Virus record (IMG/VR): IMGVR_UViG_3300027736_002225
Direction: 5' to 3' (one strand)
From: a virus
Length of the DNA stretch: 64,000 bases
In this document: positions 1 to 11,600 of the stretch, in pieces
Numbering within the stretch: the stretch's first letter is position 1
Layout: every line of letters starts with the position of its first letter
Made by a program: the position numbers and the translations under genes
The notes under the pieces: model-generated
Seen by the model: the letters and a program-made list of their open reading frames with translations, nothing else
Database searches by the model: none
What the model was told of the DNA's origin: nothing

Positions 1-1013
1 GCAGATGTTATTGTTGGGCTTCCTGTAGTAGTTGCTGCAGGTAATGTATTTGCATATCTTACTATAACAACACCGGAACCACCAGATCCAGTACCGCCGC
101 CGCCACCGCCAGTATTTGTGCCGCCGTTAACTCCGTTTCCTAAATACCCGGCGCCACCATAATTAAAGCCAAGACCGGCGCCGCCGCCTCCATCTCCACC
201 ATTACCACCTTGACCTCCAGAATAAGAGCCGCCGCCGCCAGCAGAATAAGGTAATGAAGTACCTGTTATACTTGAATATGCTCCAATACCACCATTAAGT
301 CCAGAACCCGCGGCACCGGCTCCTCCACCGCCTCCAGATTGGCCGTTAAATGCAGTTCCGCCGTCATAGCCTTGTCTAGGAGTTGTTTCAGGTACATTAC
401 CGAGACCGCCGTTACCACCACCCGATCCACCATTTTGACCTGCGGCGCCTCCTCCTGCTGATTCTATCTTTGAAGAAAGATAACCGCCTTCAATATTTGA
501 AGCATTGCTGCCGCCGGCGCCAACAATAATTGTATAGGTGTAAATACCGGTCATAGGAGCAGTTATAGATCCTGTTCTAAAACCTCCGCCGCCGCCAGCG
601 CCTGCAGTACTACTTCCACCACCACTGCCGCCGCCACCGACAATTAAATATTCCATAGCCGGAAATACAGATCCACCTCCGGCAAAGTTTTCTGTACCAA
701 ATAAATTGAAACTAACATTGGCGGTATTTGCAGATACTACTACAAGATCTGCTTGATCTAATGTAATTCCTGCAGTGATACCTATAGATTCATATGCAGC
801 GATTGGTGTTCTATATGAAAAATAGTGTTTGCTTGTTAAATTGGCGCCGCCTTTTCTAAATGCAATATCAAATGTTGCAGTTCCAGAACCATAATTACAA
901 ACATTTAATGTGGATACCACCGTACTTGTATAGTACGGCACTCCATATAAAATAATATTTGAGTTTCCGGTAAGGCTTGTTGATTGCCCCAATACTTTAA
1001 AATTTAACGCCAT
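1..1013 (-). CDS. Glycine-rich virion/tail-associated protein (runs off window start; not in ORF track)
   Basis: ATG at 1013, reading MALNFKVLGQ...; open frame to position 1 with 'EYLIVGGGGSGG', 'NTGGGGGG' and 'GGSGVVIVRY' motifs typical of phage glycine-rich domains. Confidence 0.8.
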   Translation of the reverse strand, partial: MALNFKVLGQSTSLTGNSNIILYGVPYYTSTVVSTLNVCNYGSGTATFDIAFRKGGANLTSKHYFSYRTPIAAYESIGITAGITLDQADLVVVSANTANVSFNLFGTENFAGGGSVFPAMEYLIVGGGGSGGGSSTAGAGGGGGFRTGSITAPMTGIYTYTIIVGAGGSNASNIEGGYLSSKIESAGGGAAGQNGGSGGGNGGLGNVPETTPRQGYDGGTAFNGQSGGGGGAGAAGSGLNGGIGAYSSITGTSLPYSAGGGGSYSGGQGGNGGDGGGGAGLGFNYGGAGYLGNGVNGGTNTGGGGGGTGSGGSGVVIVRYANTLPAATTTGSPTITS

Positions 1014-1022
1014 ATTTTAATC

Positions 1023-4000
1023 TCACAGACCAGCAAATAAGAAAGGATTGAATGATAATGTTGTTATTGCTTCATTGCCGAAGTATTTAACTTCAACTAT
1101 AGAATTTGTTGCAGGTATTGAACTTAATATTAATGTTGTTCCATTAACAGAATAATCCAGAGTAGGTATTTGTGTAACACCATCTATGTTAACTATAATA
1201 CGTTTTGCATCTGCAACTGCGGACGCCATCATAATGTTTGCATTGCCGCCATTAAAATATTGTGCGTCAATAATTGTGTGAACACCGCCGCTAATTAAAC
1301 CATTTGATGCAAGTGTTATACCATCGCCTGCACTTAATGCTGCAATTACTCTTGTATTTGTAAAATACAGATTTGCGCCGGTTTCAACTACATTTGCAGT
1401 ATATATGTTGTTCCAAACATTTGCGGATATATTTCCAGCATAAACATTTGATGCAGATATTGTTAATGCGCCAGATGCACCAGTTACTAATTCTGTTCCT
1501 CTAATAATTAAACCATTAGCAGTAATATAATTAGTAACTAATAAATTACCATTTACTGCAATATTACCCGTTAACGCGGATATATTTGCACTAATTTGAC
1601 CATTTGCCGCAATATTAATATTTTGGCCTGCCAATGTTGGCAATAATTGAATTATATTTGAATATACTCTTGTATTAGTATAATATAAATTAGATGCTGA
1701 TTCAATTACATTTGCAGTATAAATGCCTTGCCATGTATTTGCAAAAATACCTGCGGCAATTACGTTACCCGAAACATTTAAATTGCCTGTTACAGAATTT
1801 AATGTTCCTGCAGGCAGAGTAATATTTGTTAAGAATGCTCCACTGCCGATAAAATATGCTGCCTTAACATTTCCTGTAGTAAATACATTAGAGTTAAGAT
1901 TTACATTACTTGCGGTGATGCTAATATTTGATGCAGAATTAATATTAAAGTCTGTAGAAGAATATATTAATCCGGCACCTGTTGTGCTTGAAATAAACGC
2001 ATTAGCAATTACGTTACCTGTAACATTTAAATTACCTGAAACGGAATTAATTGTAGTAACAATACCAGTTAATAATGCACCATTGCCTTTGAAGTAGTTT
2101 GCACTTACATTCCCTGTAGCAAATATATTAGAATTTAAATTAATATTTGCAGCAGTTATGCTTGCATTTGCACTTGTAGTTATTACTATATCCGAAGTCG
2201 ATGATAATAATGCACTGCCCGTACCAGTTAAATTTATTGTATTTGCAGTAATATTTCCTGCTGCAATAATTGCAGCGCCTGCAATTATATTTCCACTTAC
2301 ATTTAAATTACCTGTTACAGAATTTAATGCACCTGCTGGTAATACTATACCAGTTAATAATGCGCCATTGCCTTTGAAGTAGTTTGCACTTACATTCCCT
2401 GTAGCAAATATATTAGAATTTAAATTAATATTGGATGCTGTAATATTTACATTACTTACTGCATTCAATAACAGATCAGATGTTGATGATAATATACCTA
2501 CGCCAGTTGATGTAGATACAAATGCGTTGGCAATTACATTGCCTGTTACTGTTAAATTACCAGTTACGGAATTAATTGTAGTAACAATACCAGTTAATAA
2601 TGCACCATTGCCTTTAAAATATGTAGCGCTTATATTACCAGTAGCAAATACGTTTGAATTAAAATTAATATTACTAGAAACAATATTTACATTTGCAATA
2701 GTATTGATGTAAATATCAGAACCAGAAGTTAATATTGCCGGACCAACTGTTCCGGAAACAAAAGTATTAGCAATTACGTTACCAGTTACATTTAGATTTC
2801 CATTTACAGAATTAATTGTAGTAACAATACCTGTTAATAACGAGCCGTTACCTATAAAATATGAGGCCGAGGCATTGCCGGTATTAATTACTGCTCCGGT
2901 GTATATTGCATTGGCAATTACGTTGCCAGTTACATTTAGATTTCCATTTACAGAATTAATTGTAGTAACAATACCTGTTAATAACGAGCCGTTACCTTTA
3001 AAATAATTTGCGTTTATATTACCAGATGCAAATACATTTGAATTTAAATTAATACTGCTTGCAGTAATGGATACATTTGATGTTGCATTCAATAAAAGAT
3101 CATTTGTAGATGATAATATTGCTGCCCCAAGAGCTGTAGAAACAAATCCATTTGCAATTACATTGCCGGAAACATTCAGGTTACCTGTTACAGAATTTAA
3201 TGTACCTGCAGGTAAAGTAATATTAGATAATCTAGAACCATCCCCAACAAAATATGCATTTGTTGTAATGTTGCCGGTTGAGACAACTGTTGTTGCAACT
3301 GTATTACCAATGAAATATCCAGCCGAGGCATTTCCCGTATTAATTACTGCGCCAGTATAGATTGCGTTGGCAATTACGTTACCAGTTACATTTAAATTTC
3401 CGGCAACAGAGTTAATTGTAGTAACAATACCTGTTAATAGCGCGCCATTGCCTTTAAAGTAGGTAGCGCTTATATTTCCTGTTGCAAATACATTTGAATT
3501 TAAATTAATACTGCTTGAGGTGATATTTACATTACTTGCGGCATTAATTAATAAATCAGAGGTGGATGATAATATTGCTGCACCAAGAGATATAGAAACA
3601 AATCCATTAGCAACTACATTACCAGCAACATTCAAGTTACCTGTTACAGAATTTACAGATATATTAGTTAATCTAGAACCATCGCCTATAAAATATGCGG
3701 CCGATGCATTGCCTGTATTAATTACTGCGCCAGTATAGATTGCGTTGGCAATTACGTTACCGGAAACATTCAAGTTACCTGTTACAGAATTTAATGTACC
3801 TGCTGGTAATACTATACCAGTTAATAATGCACCATTGCCTTTAAAGAAATTGGCGGTTACATTACCAGTAGTAAATACATTTGAATTTAAATTAATATTA
3901 ATTGCAGTAAGATTTAAATTACCTGCGGCAGTCAATGCTAAATCTGAGGTTGAAGATAATGTTCCTGTTCCGGGAGCAGTTGCTACAAACGCATTAGCAA

Positions 4001-7000
4001 TTACGTTACCAGTTACATTTAAATTGCCTACAACAGAGTTAATTGTAGTAACAATTCCGGTTAATAATGCACCGTTACCTTTAAAATAATTTGCCGTTAT
4101 ATTGCCTGTAGCAAATATATTGGAATTAAGGTTAATACTACTTGAGGTAATATTTACATTTGATGTTGCATTCAATAACAGATCAGATGTAGATGATAAT
4201 ATGCCTACACCAGTTGAAGTAGATACAAATGCGTTGGCAATTACGTTACCAGTTACATTTAGATTTCCATTTACAGAATTGATTGATGTAACAATTCCGG
4301 TTAATAATGCACCATTACCAACAAAATAATTTGCTCTTAAATTTCCGCCAACAAATACATTTGAATTTAAATTAATATTACTTGCAGTAAGATTTAAATT
4401 ACCTGTTGCTATTAATGCTAGATCAGAAGTCGAAGATAATGTTCCAGCTCCCGGCGCTGTAGCAACAAACGAATTTGCAATTACGTTACCATTTACATTT
4501 AAATTACCTGTTATGGAATTTAATGTTCCTGTAGGTAAAACAATATTAGTTAATCTTGAACCATCTCCAACGAAATAATTTGCTGCAAGATTTGCAAGTC
4601 TAAACGATGCATGACTTGTATCAATAAAGATATTAGCATCTGGTTCTGGGGAATAATTTTCAAATACTTTCCATGTGCCAGAATCTGAAGCATCTCTAAA
4701 GAAACCTGCGTGATGATAAACACCATCATTATAATTACCAGCAAATCCTAAATCAGGATTAGATGTTTCCGAACCTGCATTCAAATAAATCATATTGTCC
4801 GATACGGACAAGTTATTTGATGTATGAGTTGTTACATTACCATAGAATGTTGCAGTGCCGTAGAAAGTAGCATTTCCATCTACTCGTAAACCATTGAATT
4901 GAACATTTGCCGTTGTAGCAACATTTTGTCCAATTGATATTACACCCGTCGTATTATTGTAAGATACGCCCGTACCTTCAGATATTGCTAATCTGGCTCT
5001 TGCATTTGTGTAATATAGATTATTAAATTCAACAACATTTGCCGTTGTCAAATCTGTTACATTTGCTTTATTTGCTAATAACGGAGCAACATTCGCATAT
5101 ACTCTTGTATTAGTATAATATAAATTGCTTGCTTCTGGTATTTGATCTGTAGTAAAATTAACACCCGCGGCCAATCCTAAGCTACTCAATAATTGAATAA
5201 CATTAGAATATACTCTTGCGTTCGTATAATACAGATTACCCGAAGCTGCATTTTCCGATACATTGCCAGTATTTAAACCATCAATAGTTGCACTAATAGT
5301 TGCAGTAACATTTGCAGTTGCTCTAATTGTACCTGCAATTGGATCGTATATAATTGTACCATCAGCTGCGCTAATAGAGTTTCTTGCTCTTGCATTAGAG
5401 AAGAATACATTACCTGTTGTGGTATTACCAGATTCAATTATATTTGCGGTAGTTAAATCCGATACATTAGCTTTTTTTGCTAATAATGGGAATACATTTG
5501 CATAAACTCTTGCATTAGTATAATATAGATTACTTGCCGCTTCAGTAATATTAGCCGTTGTAAAATTGGCGGTTGATAATACTATATTGGCAATATTAGA
5601 TGTTTCTGTGCCAGAAACGGTTATTGATGCAGGTGCCCAAATTGTACCATTCCAAATTAGGCCTTGGCCTACGGTTGGTACTGCGGTTACTGTATCAACG
5701 TCTGCAAGTGCATTTATGCTTGCTTGAGATAAGTTGGCAAATACTCTTGCATTAGTAAAATATAGATTGCCCGTAGATTCAATTACATTGGCAGTATAAA
5801 TTCCTTGCCATACATTTCCAACAATATATGCTGCTTGTAATAAATTTGCACCGGTTAAACTACCGCCGGCTGCCGAACCAACAATAATTGTATTTGCAAT
5901 TATATTGCCGGAAACAGTTAAATTGCCTGTAATTGAATTGATGTTTGCTAATTGTGATCCGTCACCAATAAAATATCCAGCTCTAACATTACCAGCAACT
6001 ACATTTCCTGTTACTGTTACATTACTTAATGCAGTATTTGTTATTGCATTAACTGCTCTTGTATTTGTAAAATATAAATTTGAAGTAGATTCAATTACAT
6101 TTGCCGTTGTTAAATCCGATACATTTGCCTTAGTTGCCAATAATGGCAATACATTTGCATATACTCTTGCATTTGTGTAGTATAAATTACTTGCAGATTC
6201 AATGACATTTGCAGTATAAAGACCTTGCCATATATTAGCACTAATGTAATTTGTTTGTATTAAATTTGCACCAGTGATAACACCGCCCGTGCCTGCACCA
6301 ACTACCATTGAGTTGGCAATTATATTGCCCGTTACTGTTAAATTACCTGTAACAGAATTAATATTAGCAACAATATTTGTTAATAATGATCCGTCACCAA
6401 TAAAATATCCAGCTCTAACATTACCAGCAACTACATTTCCTGTTACTGTTACATTACTTAATGTTGTTCCGGTAACTGCAGAAATAACTCTAGCATTTGT
6501 ATAATATAAATTAGAACCTTCTGCCAAATTTGAAGTTGTAAAATTAGCAATGGATATAACTAGATTTGCAATATTTGCGGTGTTAGCAAAAATTGCTGTA
6601 TTGGCAACTGTTGCTGCATTTGCAAACCCTGCAGTGTTAGCAAAGGTTGATACATTTGCCGAGCCCGATATATTAGCAAAACCGGATGTATTTGCAAAAC
6701 TTGCAGTGTTAGCAAAGGTTGCTACATTGGCTGAACCTGATATATTAGCAAACCCAGATGTGTTTGCAAATGTTGTCGTATTTGCAGAATTTGCAATGGA
6801 TGCAAACCCAGATGTGTTTGCGGAACCGGAATTAGTTGCAAAATTAGCAGATATTGCTATATTTGCTATACTTGCTAAACCTGAAAAATTTGCCGAATCT
6901 GCAGTGTTAGCAAATGTTGCTACATTGGCAACAGCAGCCAAATTAGCAAAACTTGTTGTATTAGCGAATCCCGTTGTATTGGCAAATGTTGCTACATTGG

Positions 7001-8318
7001 CAAATGTTGCTACATTGGCAAATATTGATGTGTTTGCAACTGCTGCCACATTGGCAAAATTTGTCGTATTAGCGAATGTTGATGTGTTTGCAACTGCTGC
7101 CACATTGGCAAAATTTGTCGTATTAGCGAATGTTGCTGTGTTTGAAACTGCTGCTACATTAGCAAAATCCGTCGTATTAGCGAATGTTGCCGTGTTTGCA
7201 ACTGCTGCCACATTGGCAAAATTTGTTGTGTTAGCAAATGTTGATGTATTAGCAAAACTTGTTGTGTTAGCAAATGTTGATGTATTAGCAAAACCTGTAG
7301 TATTTGCAAAATTGGATCTAAGTGCTATATTTGAAGAATTTGATATATAAGCAACTTCTGCCAATAACGTGTAATAACTATTATTTGAGACTAATGATGT
7401 GTTTGCAAATCCTGATACATTAGCATATCCGGCATTGTTAGCAAAAATTGCAGAATTGGCAAAATTTGCTAAATTTGCTACATTTGCATACCCAGATACA
7501 TTAGCAAATCCCGATACATTAGCAATGGCAGCTATATTAGCAAATCCCGATACATTAGCAATGGCAGCTACATTTGCATACCCAGATACATTAGCAATGG
7601 CAGCTACATTAGCAAATCCCGATACATTAGCAATGGCAGCTATATTAGCAAATCCCGATACATTAGCATATCCAGATACATTGGCAATGGCAGCTATATT
7701 AGCAATGGCAGCTACATTGGCAATGGAAGCTACATTGGCAAATCCTGTTGTATTTGCGTATCCCGATACATTGGCAAAACCAGATGAATTTGCGTATCCC
7801 GATACATTAGCATAACCGGATACATTAGAAAAACCAGATGAATTTGCAAATCCAGATGTGGTTGATGCGGCCACAACGCCAAGTACTACATTTGCAATAT
7901 TGGAAATTTCTGTACTAGAAACAGAAATTGTTGCAGGGACCCAAATATTAGTTTTCCAAATAAGGCCCTGGCCTTCAGTTGGCGCATTGGTTGCAGTATC
8001 AACATCTACTAAAGCATTAATACTTGCTTGGGATAAGTTTGCGTATACTCTTGTATTAGTATAATAAAGATTTGAACCTTCTCTGAGGTTTGCAGTTGTA
8101 AAATTATTTAACGATACTGATATATTTGCAACATCTACAACGTGTGCAGGTTCTTGCCAAGATCGAGTACCGTCAGTATTTGCAACTAAAATATAACCAT
8201 TGGCCGAAGGCAAGCCCAAGTCTGGCTCTGTCTCACTTAGACCAATGAAGTCGTATCTACTTGCACGAACGTTCGCGCTTTTGACCTTTTTTACTCTACC
8301 CGATAAAAGTTTAGTCAT
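1023..8318 (-). CDS. Giant Asn/Thr-rich repetitive tail fibre/virion protein (2431 aa)
   Basis: ANxxxF hexapeptide repeats, 'TANVxExxNLYYTNxRV' repeats and 'YFxGNGxLLTGI/GNLNVTGNVIAN' repeats. Confidence 0.8.
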   Translation of the reverse strand: MTKLLSGRVKKVKSANVRASRYDFIGLSETEPDLGLPSANGYILVANTDGTRSWQEPAHVVDVANISVSLNNFTTANLREGSNLYYTNTRVYANLSQASINALVDVDTATNAPTEGQGLIWKTNIWVPATISVSSTEISNIANVVLGVVAASTTSGFANSSGFSNVSGYANVSGYANSSGFANVSGYANTTGFANVASIANVAAIANIAAIANVSGYANVSGFANIAAIANVSGFANVAAIANVSGYANVAAIANVSGFANIAAIANVSGFANVSGYANVANLANFANSAIFANNAGYANVSGFANTSLVSNNSYYTLLAEVAYISNSSNIALRSNFANTTGFANTSTFANTTSFANTSTFANTTNFANVAAVANTATFANTTDFANVAAVSNTATFANTTNFANVAAVANTSTFANTTNFANVAAVANTSIFANVATFANVATFANTTGFANTTSFANLAAVANVATFANTADSANFSGLASIANIAISANFATNSGSANTSGFASIANSANTTTFANTSGFANISGSANVATFANTASFANTSGFANISGSANVSTFANTAGFANAATVANTAIFANTANIANLVISIANFTTSNLAEGSNLYYTNARVISAVTGTTLSNVTVTGNVVAGNVRAGYFIGDGSLLTNIVANINSVTGNLTVTGNIIANSMVVGAGTGGVITGANLIQTNYISANIWQGLYTANVIESASNLYYTNARVYANVLPLLATKANVSDLTTANVIESTSNLYFTNTRAVNAITNTALSNVTVTGNVVAGNVRAGYFIGDGSQLANINSITGNLTVSGNIIANTIIVGSAAGGSLTGANLLQAAYIVGNVWQGIYTANVIESTGNLYFTNARVFANLSQASINALADVDTVTAVPTVGQGLIWNGTIWAPASITVSGTETSNIANIVLSTANFTTANITEAASNLYYTNARVYANVFPLLAKKANVSDLTTANIIESGNTTTGNVFFSNARARNSISAADGTIIYDPIAGTIRATANVTATISATIDGLNTGNVSENAASGNLYYTNARVYSNVIQLLSSLGLAAGVNFTTDQIPEASNLYYTNTRVYANVAPLLANKANVTDLTTANVVEFNNLYYTNARARLAISEGTGVSYNNTTGVISIGQNVATTANVQFNGLRVDGNATFYGTATFYGNVTTHTSNNLSVSDNMIYLNAGSETSNPDLGFAGNYNDGVYHHAGFFRDASDSGTWKVFENYSPEPDANIFIDTSHASFRLANLAANYFVGDGSRLTNIVLPTGTLNSITGNLNVNGNVIANSFVATAPGAGTLSSTSDLALIATGNLNLTASNINLNSNVFVGGNLRANYFVGNGALLTGIVTSINSVNGNLNVTGNVIANAFVSTSTGVGILSSTSDLLLNATSNVNITSSSINLNSNIFATGNITANYFKGNGALLTGIVTTINSVVGNLNVTGNVIANAFVATAPGTGTLSSTSDLALTAAGNLNLTAININLNSNVFTTGNVTANFFKGNGALLTGIVLPAGTLNSVTGNLNVSGNVIANAIYTGAVINTGNASAAYFIGDGSRLTNISVNSVTGNLNVAGNVVANGFVSISLGAAILSSTSDLLINAASNVNITSSSINLNSNVFATGNISATYFKGNGALLTGIVTTINSVAGNLNVTGNVIANAIYTGAVINTGNASAGYFIGNTVATTVVSTGNITTNAYFVGDGSRLSNITLPAGTLNSVTGNLNVSGNVIANGFVSTALGAAILSSTNDLLLNATSNVSITASSINLNSNVFASGNINANYFKGNGSLLTGIVTTINSVNGNLNVTGNVIANAIYTGAVINTGNASASYFIGNGSLLTGIVTTINSVNGNLNVTGNVIANTFVSGTVGPAILTSGSDIYINTIANVNIVSSNINFNSNVFATGNISATYFKGNGALLTGIVTTINSVTGNLTVTGNVIANAFVSTSTGVGILSSTSDLLLNAVSNVNITASNINLNSNIFATGNVSANYFKGNGALLTGIVLPAGALNSVTGNLNVSGNIIAGAAIIAAGNITANTINLTGTGSALLSSTSDIVITTSANASITAANINLNSNIFATGNVSANYFKGNGALLTGIVTTINSVSGNLNVTGNVIANAFISSTTGAGLIYSSTDFNINSASNISITASNVNLNSNVFTTGNVKAAYFIGSGAFLTNITLPAGTLNSVTGNLNVSGNVIAAGIFANTWQGIYTANVIESASNLYYTNTRVYSNIIQLLPTLAGQNINIAANGQISANISALTGNIAVNGNLLVTNYITANGLIIRGTELVTGASGALTISASNVYAGNISANVWNNIYTANVVETGANLYFTNTRVIAALSAGDGITLASNGLISGGVHTIIDAQYFNGGNANIMMASAVADAKRIIVNIDGVTQIPTLDYSVNGTTLILSSIPATNSIVEVKYFGNEAITTLSFNPFLFAGL

Positions 8319-8646
8319 TTGCTGTTTCTAAAATACTCATAACTAATTTTAAACCGTCATTTACGCTACAAGTTCCAACCACTTTTTGTCCTGTTTCTAA
8401 AACTAATTTTCCTGTAGTAATACTAGCAGTATCTTTCGTAGGAATTTCAAAATCTTTTGTTAATTCAACCAATACATTTGATGCAGTACTATGATAGAAT
8501 GTAGTACTTACTGTATTTCCAGTAACATTTGTTGCCTGCATTGACAATACAATACAAGTTTTTAATGCAGGTGCAGTATAAATTACATTTGGAGATGTTT
8601 TAATATTAGCAGTTATTGTTCTAAATACATTTAATGCGGTTGCCAT
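8311..8646 (-). CDS. Small virion structural protein (111 aa)
   Basis: Lies between two giant structural genes; resembles the N-terminal domain of the 1-1013 protein. Confidence 0.6.
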   Translation of the reverse strand: MATALNVFRTITANIKTSPNVIYTAPALKTCIVLSMQATNVTGNTVSTTFYHSTASNVLVELTKDFEIPTKDTASITTGKLVLETGQKVVGTCSVNDGLKLVMSILETAND

Positions 8647-8650
8647 TTTT

Positions 8651-11600
8651 TTATCCTTCGATTGCTAGCATATATGGTGTCATAACTGCGAACAATGCTT
8701 TGTTGAATGTTCGACCAGAAATTGTTCCGTCAACTCTATTTATAACAAGTCCTGTACCAATTCTAAAATCACCTCTTTGATCCGTACTTGTAAAGAATAC
8801 TTTACCGCCACGCAATTCAGTAATTTCATTTTCTTGTTTAGGAATTCCGCCTAAATATGGCAATGCAGTTGCAATAGTATCGCCCGAGCCAACATATTCA
8901 AAAGTATGTCCGCTTGATGAAATATAACTTCCTTGATGGAAAGATACGCTAGTATTTGCCGGTATCGCTACTTGGATTGTTTCCAATAATGTGACCGTAC
9001 TAGTATTTCCTACTAGGTTTGTTGCATTTTTAACTGTATAATATGTGCCTGTACCATTACTAATATTTGACCAATTTTTATTTACAAATCCAATTACTTC
9101 TGCCTTAATATAATCTCTATTAGCAAGAATCAATTTTGTGGCGTTAATAACATTTGGTGATGTATTTGCAGTTAATCCAATTGGTCTTCTTGCAGGAGCA
9201 ACTGACGGACCTTGAGAAATAATATTTGTAACTAAACCAATATTTTGTAATACTAAATTAGCCGTCGCATAATCCGATGCAGGCGCCGCACTAGTATTTT
9301 GTTTGTAGCGTGTTTGATATGGAGGGTCAAACAAATTAGCATTTACATACGCAATTGTTTCTGCCTTAATGTAATCTCTATTTATTAATAAGATTTTTGC
9401 CGCATTTGATAAATTAGCATTTGTAACAGGAGCATATACAATTGGTGTTTTTGCCGGTGCTACATTTGGACCGTTAGTAATAATATTCTTAATTAAACTA
9501 ATTTTTTGTGCAATAACATTTGCTTCTGCAGTTGTTGCTGAAGTATATGTAGTTGTATCCTGAAGTACATCTATTTGATATGGAGGATCAAACATTGTTT
9601 CGTTTACATACGCAATTGTTTCTGCCTTAATAAAATCTCTATTAGCAATTATTAATTTTGTAGCATTAACTACATTTGCATCTGTGCTTGCAGTTAAACT
9701 AATAGGAGTTCTAGCGTAAATAACATTTGGACCGTTAGTAATAATGTTATTAATTATTCCAACTAAGTTTCTTTCCGTTGTTACTTCTGACAATGTTGCT
9801 GCCGGTGCTGCTGTAGTATTTTGTGGCACTGCTGTTTGATATGTGGAAGTGATAACATTACCTAAAATAATCTTATCAATTAGTCCACTAATAAACGTGT
9901 ATGCTTGTCCTGTTTTAACGATTTGATCGTTAATTTGAGTAACATTTGAATTGAAATTATAATAATATACACCAGATTGAATAGTTTGTTTATTGCCGCC
10001 ATGTATCAAGTCAAAGGTAATACTATCTAATATGTAACCTACATCGCGAGAGCATTTTGTTTGTGCATTTGCCCCATCAACAAAATTATTTGTGTTCGCA
10101 AAGAATCCTGGATATGTAGTGTTAACATATGCAATCACTTCTGCTTGAATAAAAGATTTATTAGCAATAACTAAATTTGCGCCATTTGTAACTGTAGTAT
10201 TAGAAGTTCTTGGATATTGATTTGGAATAATAGAATCTGTAACACCTACGGTTCCATTAGTAATAATACTTGTTAACAAATCAAATCTAGCACTGTATAT
10301 ATTTGCTTCTACAGGACTAGCTGCTGACCCTGTTACTTGTGTAACCGATCCTTGATATGGAGAAGTTATCGTAATATTTTGAACAATATTGGATGCCAAT
10401 CTCTTCGCATAATTAATTGCGGCAATTGTTTGTGTAGATTGATTTGCAATTGCAGATTCCGATTGTGCCCAATATTGTAACCCGGCAAATGTGGATTGGC
10501 TATTTCCAGAATATGCCAAATCCAACGCAATTGAATCTACAATTAGTCCTGTATCTCTTTCGCATTTTTCTTGATTGTATGCTGCATTCTTTTTATTTTG
10601 TACTACTTTATTTGAAACTTGAGCAATGTAATCGTATGCTTTGCCCGTCTTAACGATTTGATCGTTAATTTGGGTTACATTTGCACTATAATTATAATAA
10701 TAAGTACCCGATTGTATTGCTTGTCTATTGCCGTCGTGTAGCAAATCAAAGCGAACGCTATCAATAATATACCCTACATCGCGAGAGCATTTTGTTTGTG
10801 CATTTGCAACATCTATAAAGTTATTTGCATTTGCAAAGAATCCTGGATATGTAGTGTTAACATATGCAATTACTTCTGCTTGAATAAATGATTTGTTTAA
10901 ATAAATTAGATTTGCAGAATTATTTAATCCAACATTTGTATTTGCTGGGAATGAATTTGGTACAATTCTATCTGTTACACCAACTGTTCCGTTATTAATT
11001 ATGTCAACAATTAAATTAAATTCATCTGTAACTTTGCCTGCAGCAGTTCCTGCAGTTCCTCTAACTTGAGTAACTGTTCCTTGATAAGGAGAAGAAATTA
11101 CAGTATCACTTGCGATATTAACTGCTAAAGTTTTAGCATAATTTATTGCTGCAACGGTTTCATCGGACTGTGTAGGTATTGCAGAATCTGTCTGTGACCA
11201 ATATTGCAGACCAGCAAATATGGATTGCGAATTGCTTCCATACGCAAGATCCATTAACACCGAGTCAACAATTAGACCAGTATCTCTTTCGCATTTATCT
11301 TGATTATACGCCGCATTCTTTTTCTTTGTTATAACATTGGTTATAATTTGACCAATATAATTATATGCTGCACCTGTTTGTACAACCTGGTCATTAATTT
11401 GTGTAGTTGATGCGTTATAATTGTAGTAGTAAGTACCTGCTTGGACTGCTTGCTTATTACCGCCGTGCAATAAATCAAATCTAATTGTATCTAAAATAAA
11501 TCCAACATCTCTAGCGCAAGTATTTGCATTATATGTAAATCCTGGATATGTAGAATTTACAAATGCTACAACTTCTGATGCAATGAATGTATTATTTCTA

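Noticed and set aside
1-1013. Diversity-generating retroelement target
   Set aside because: No reverse transcriptase or template/variable repeat pair is visible in this window.
1723-8064. Many plus-strand ORFs (up to 266 aa) over the giant fibre gene
   Set aside because: Antisense shadows of a repetitive, codon-biased minus-strand gene; no RBS or recognisable product.
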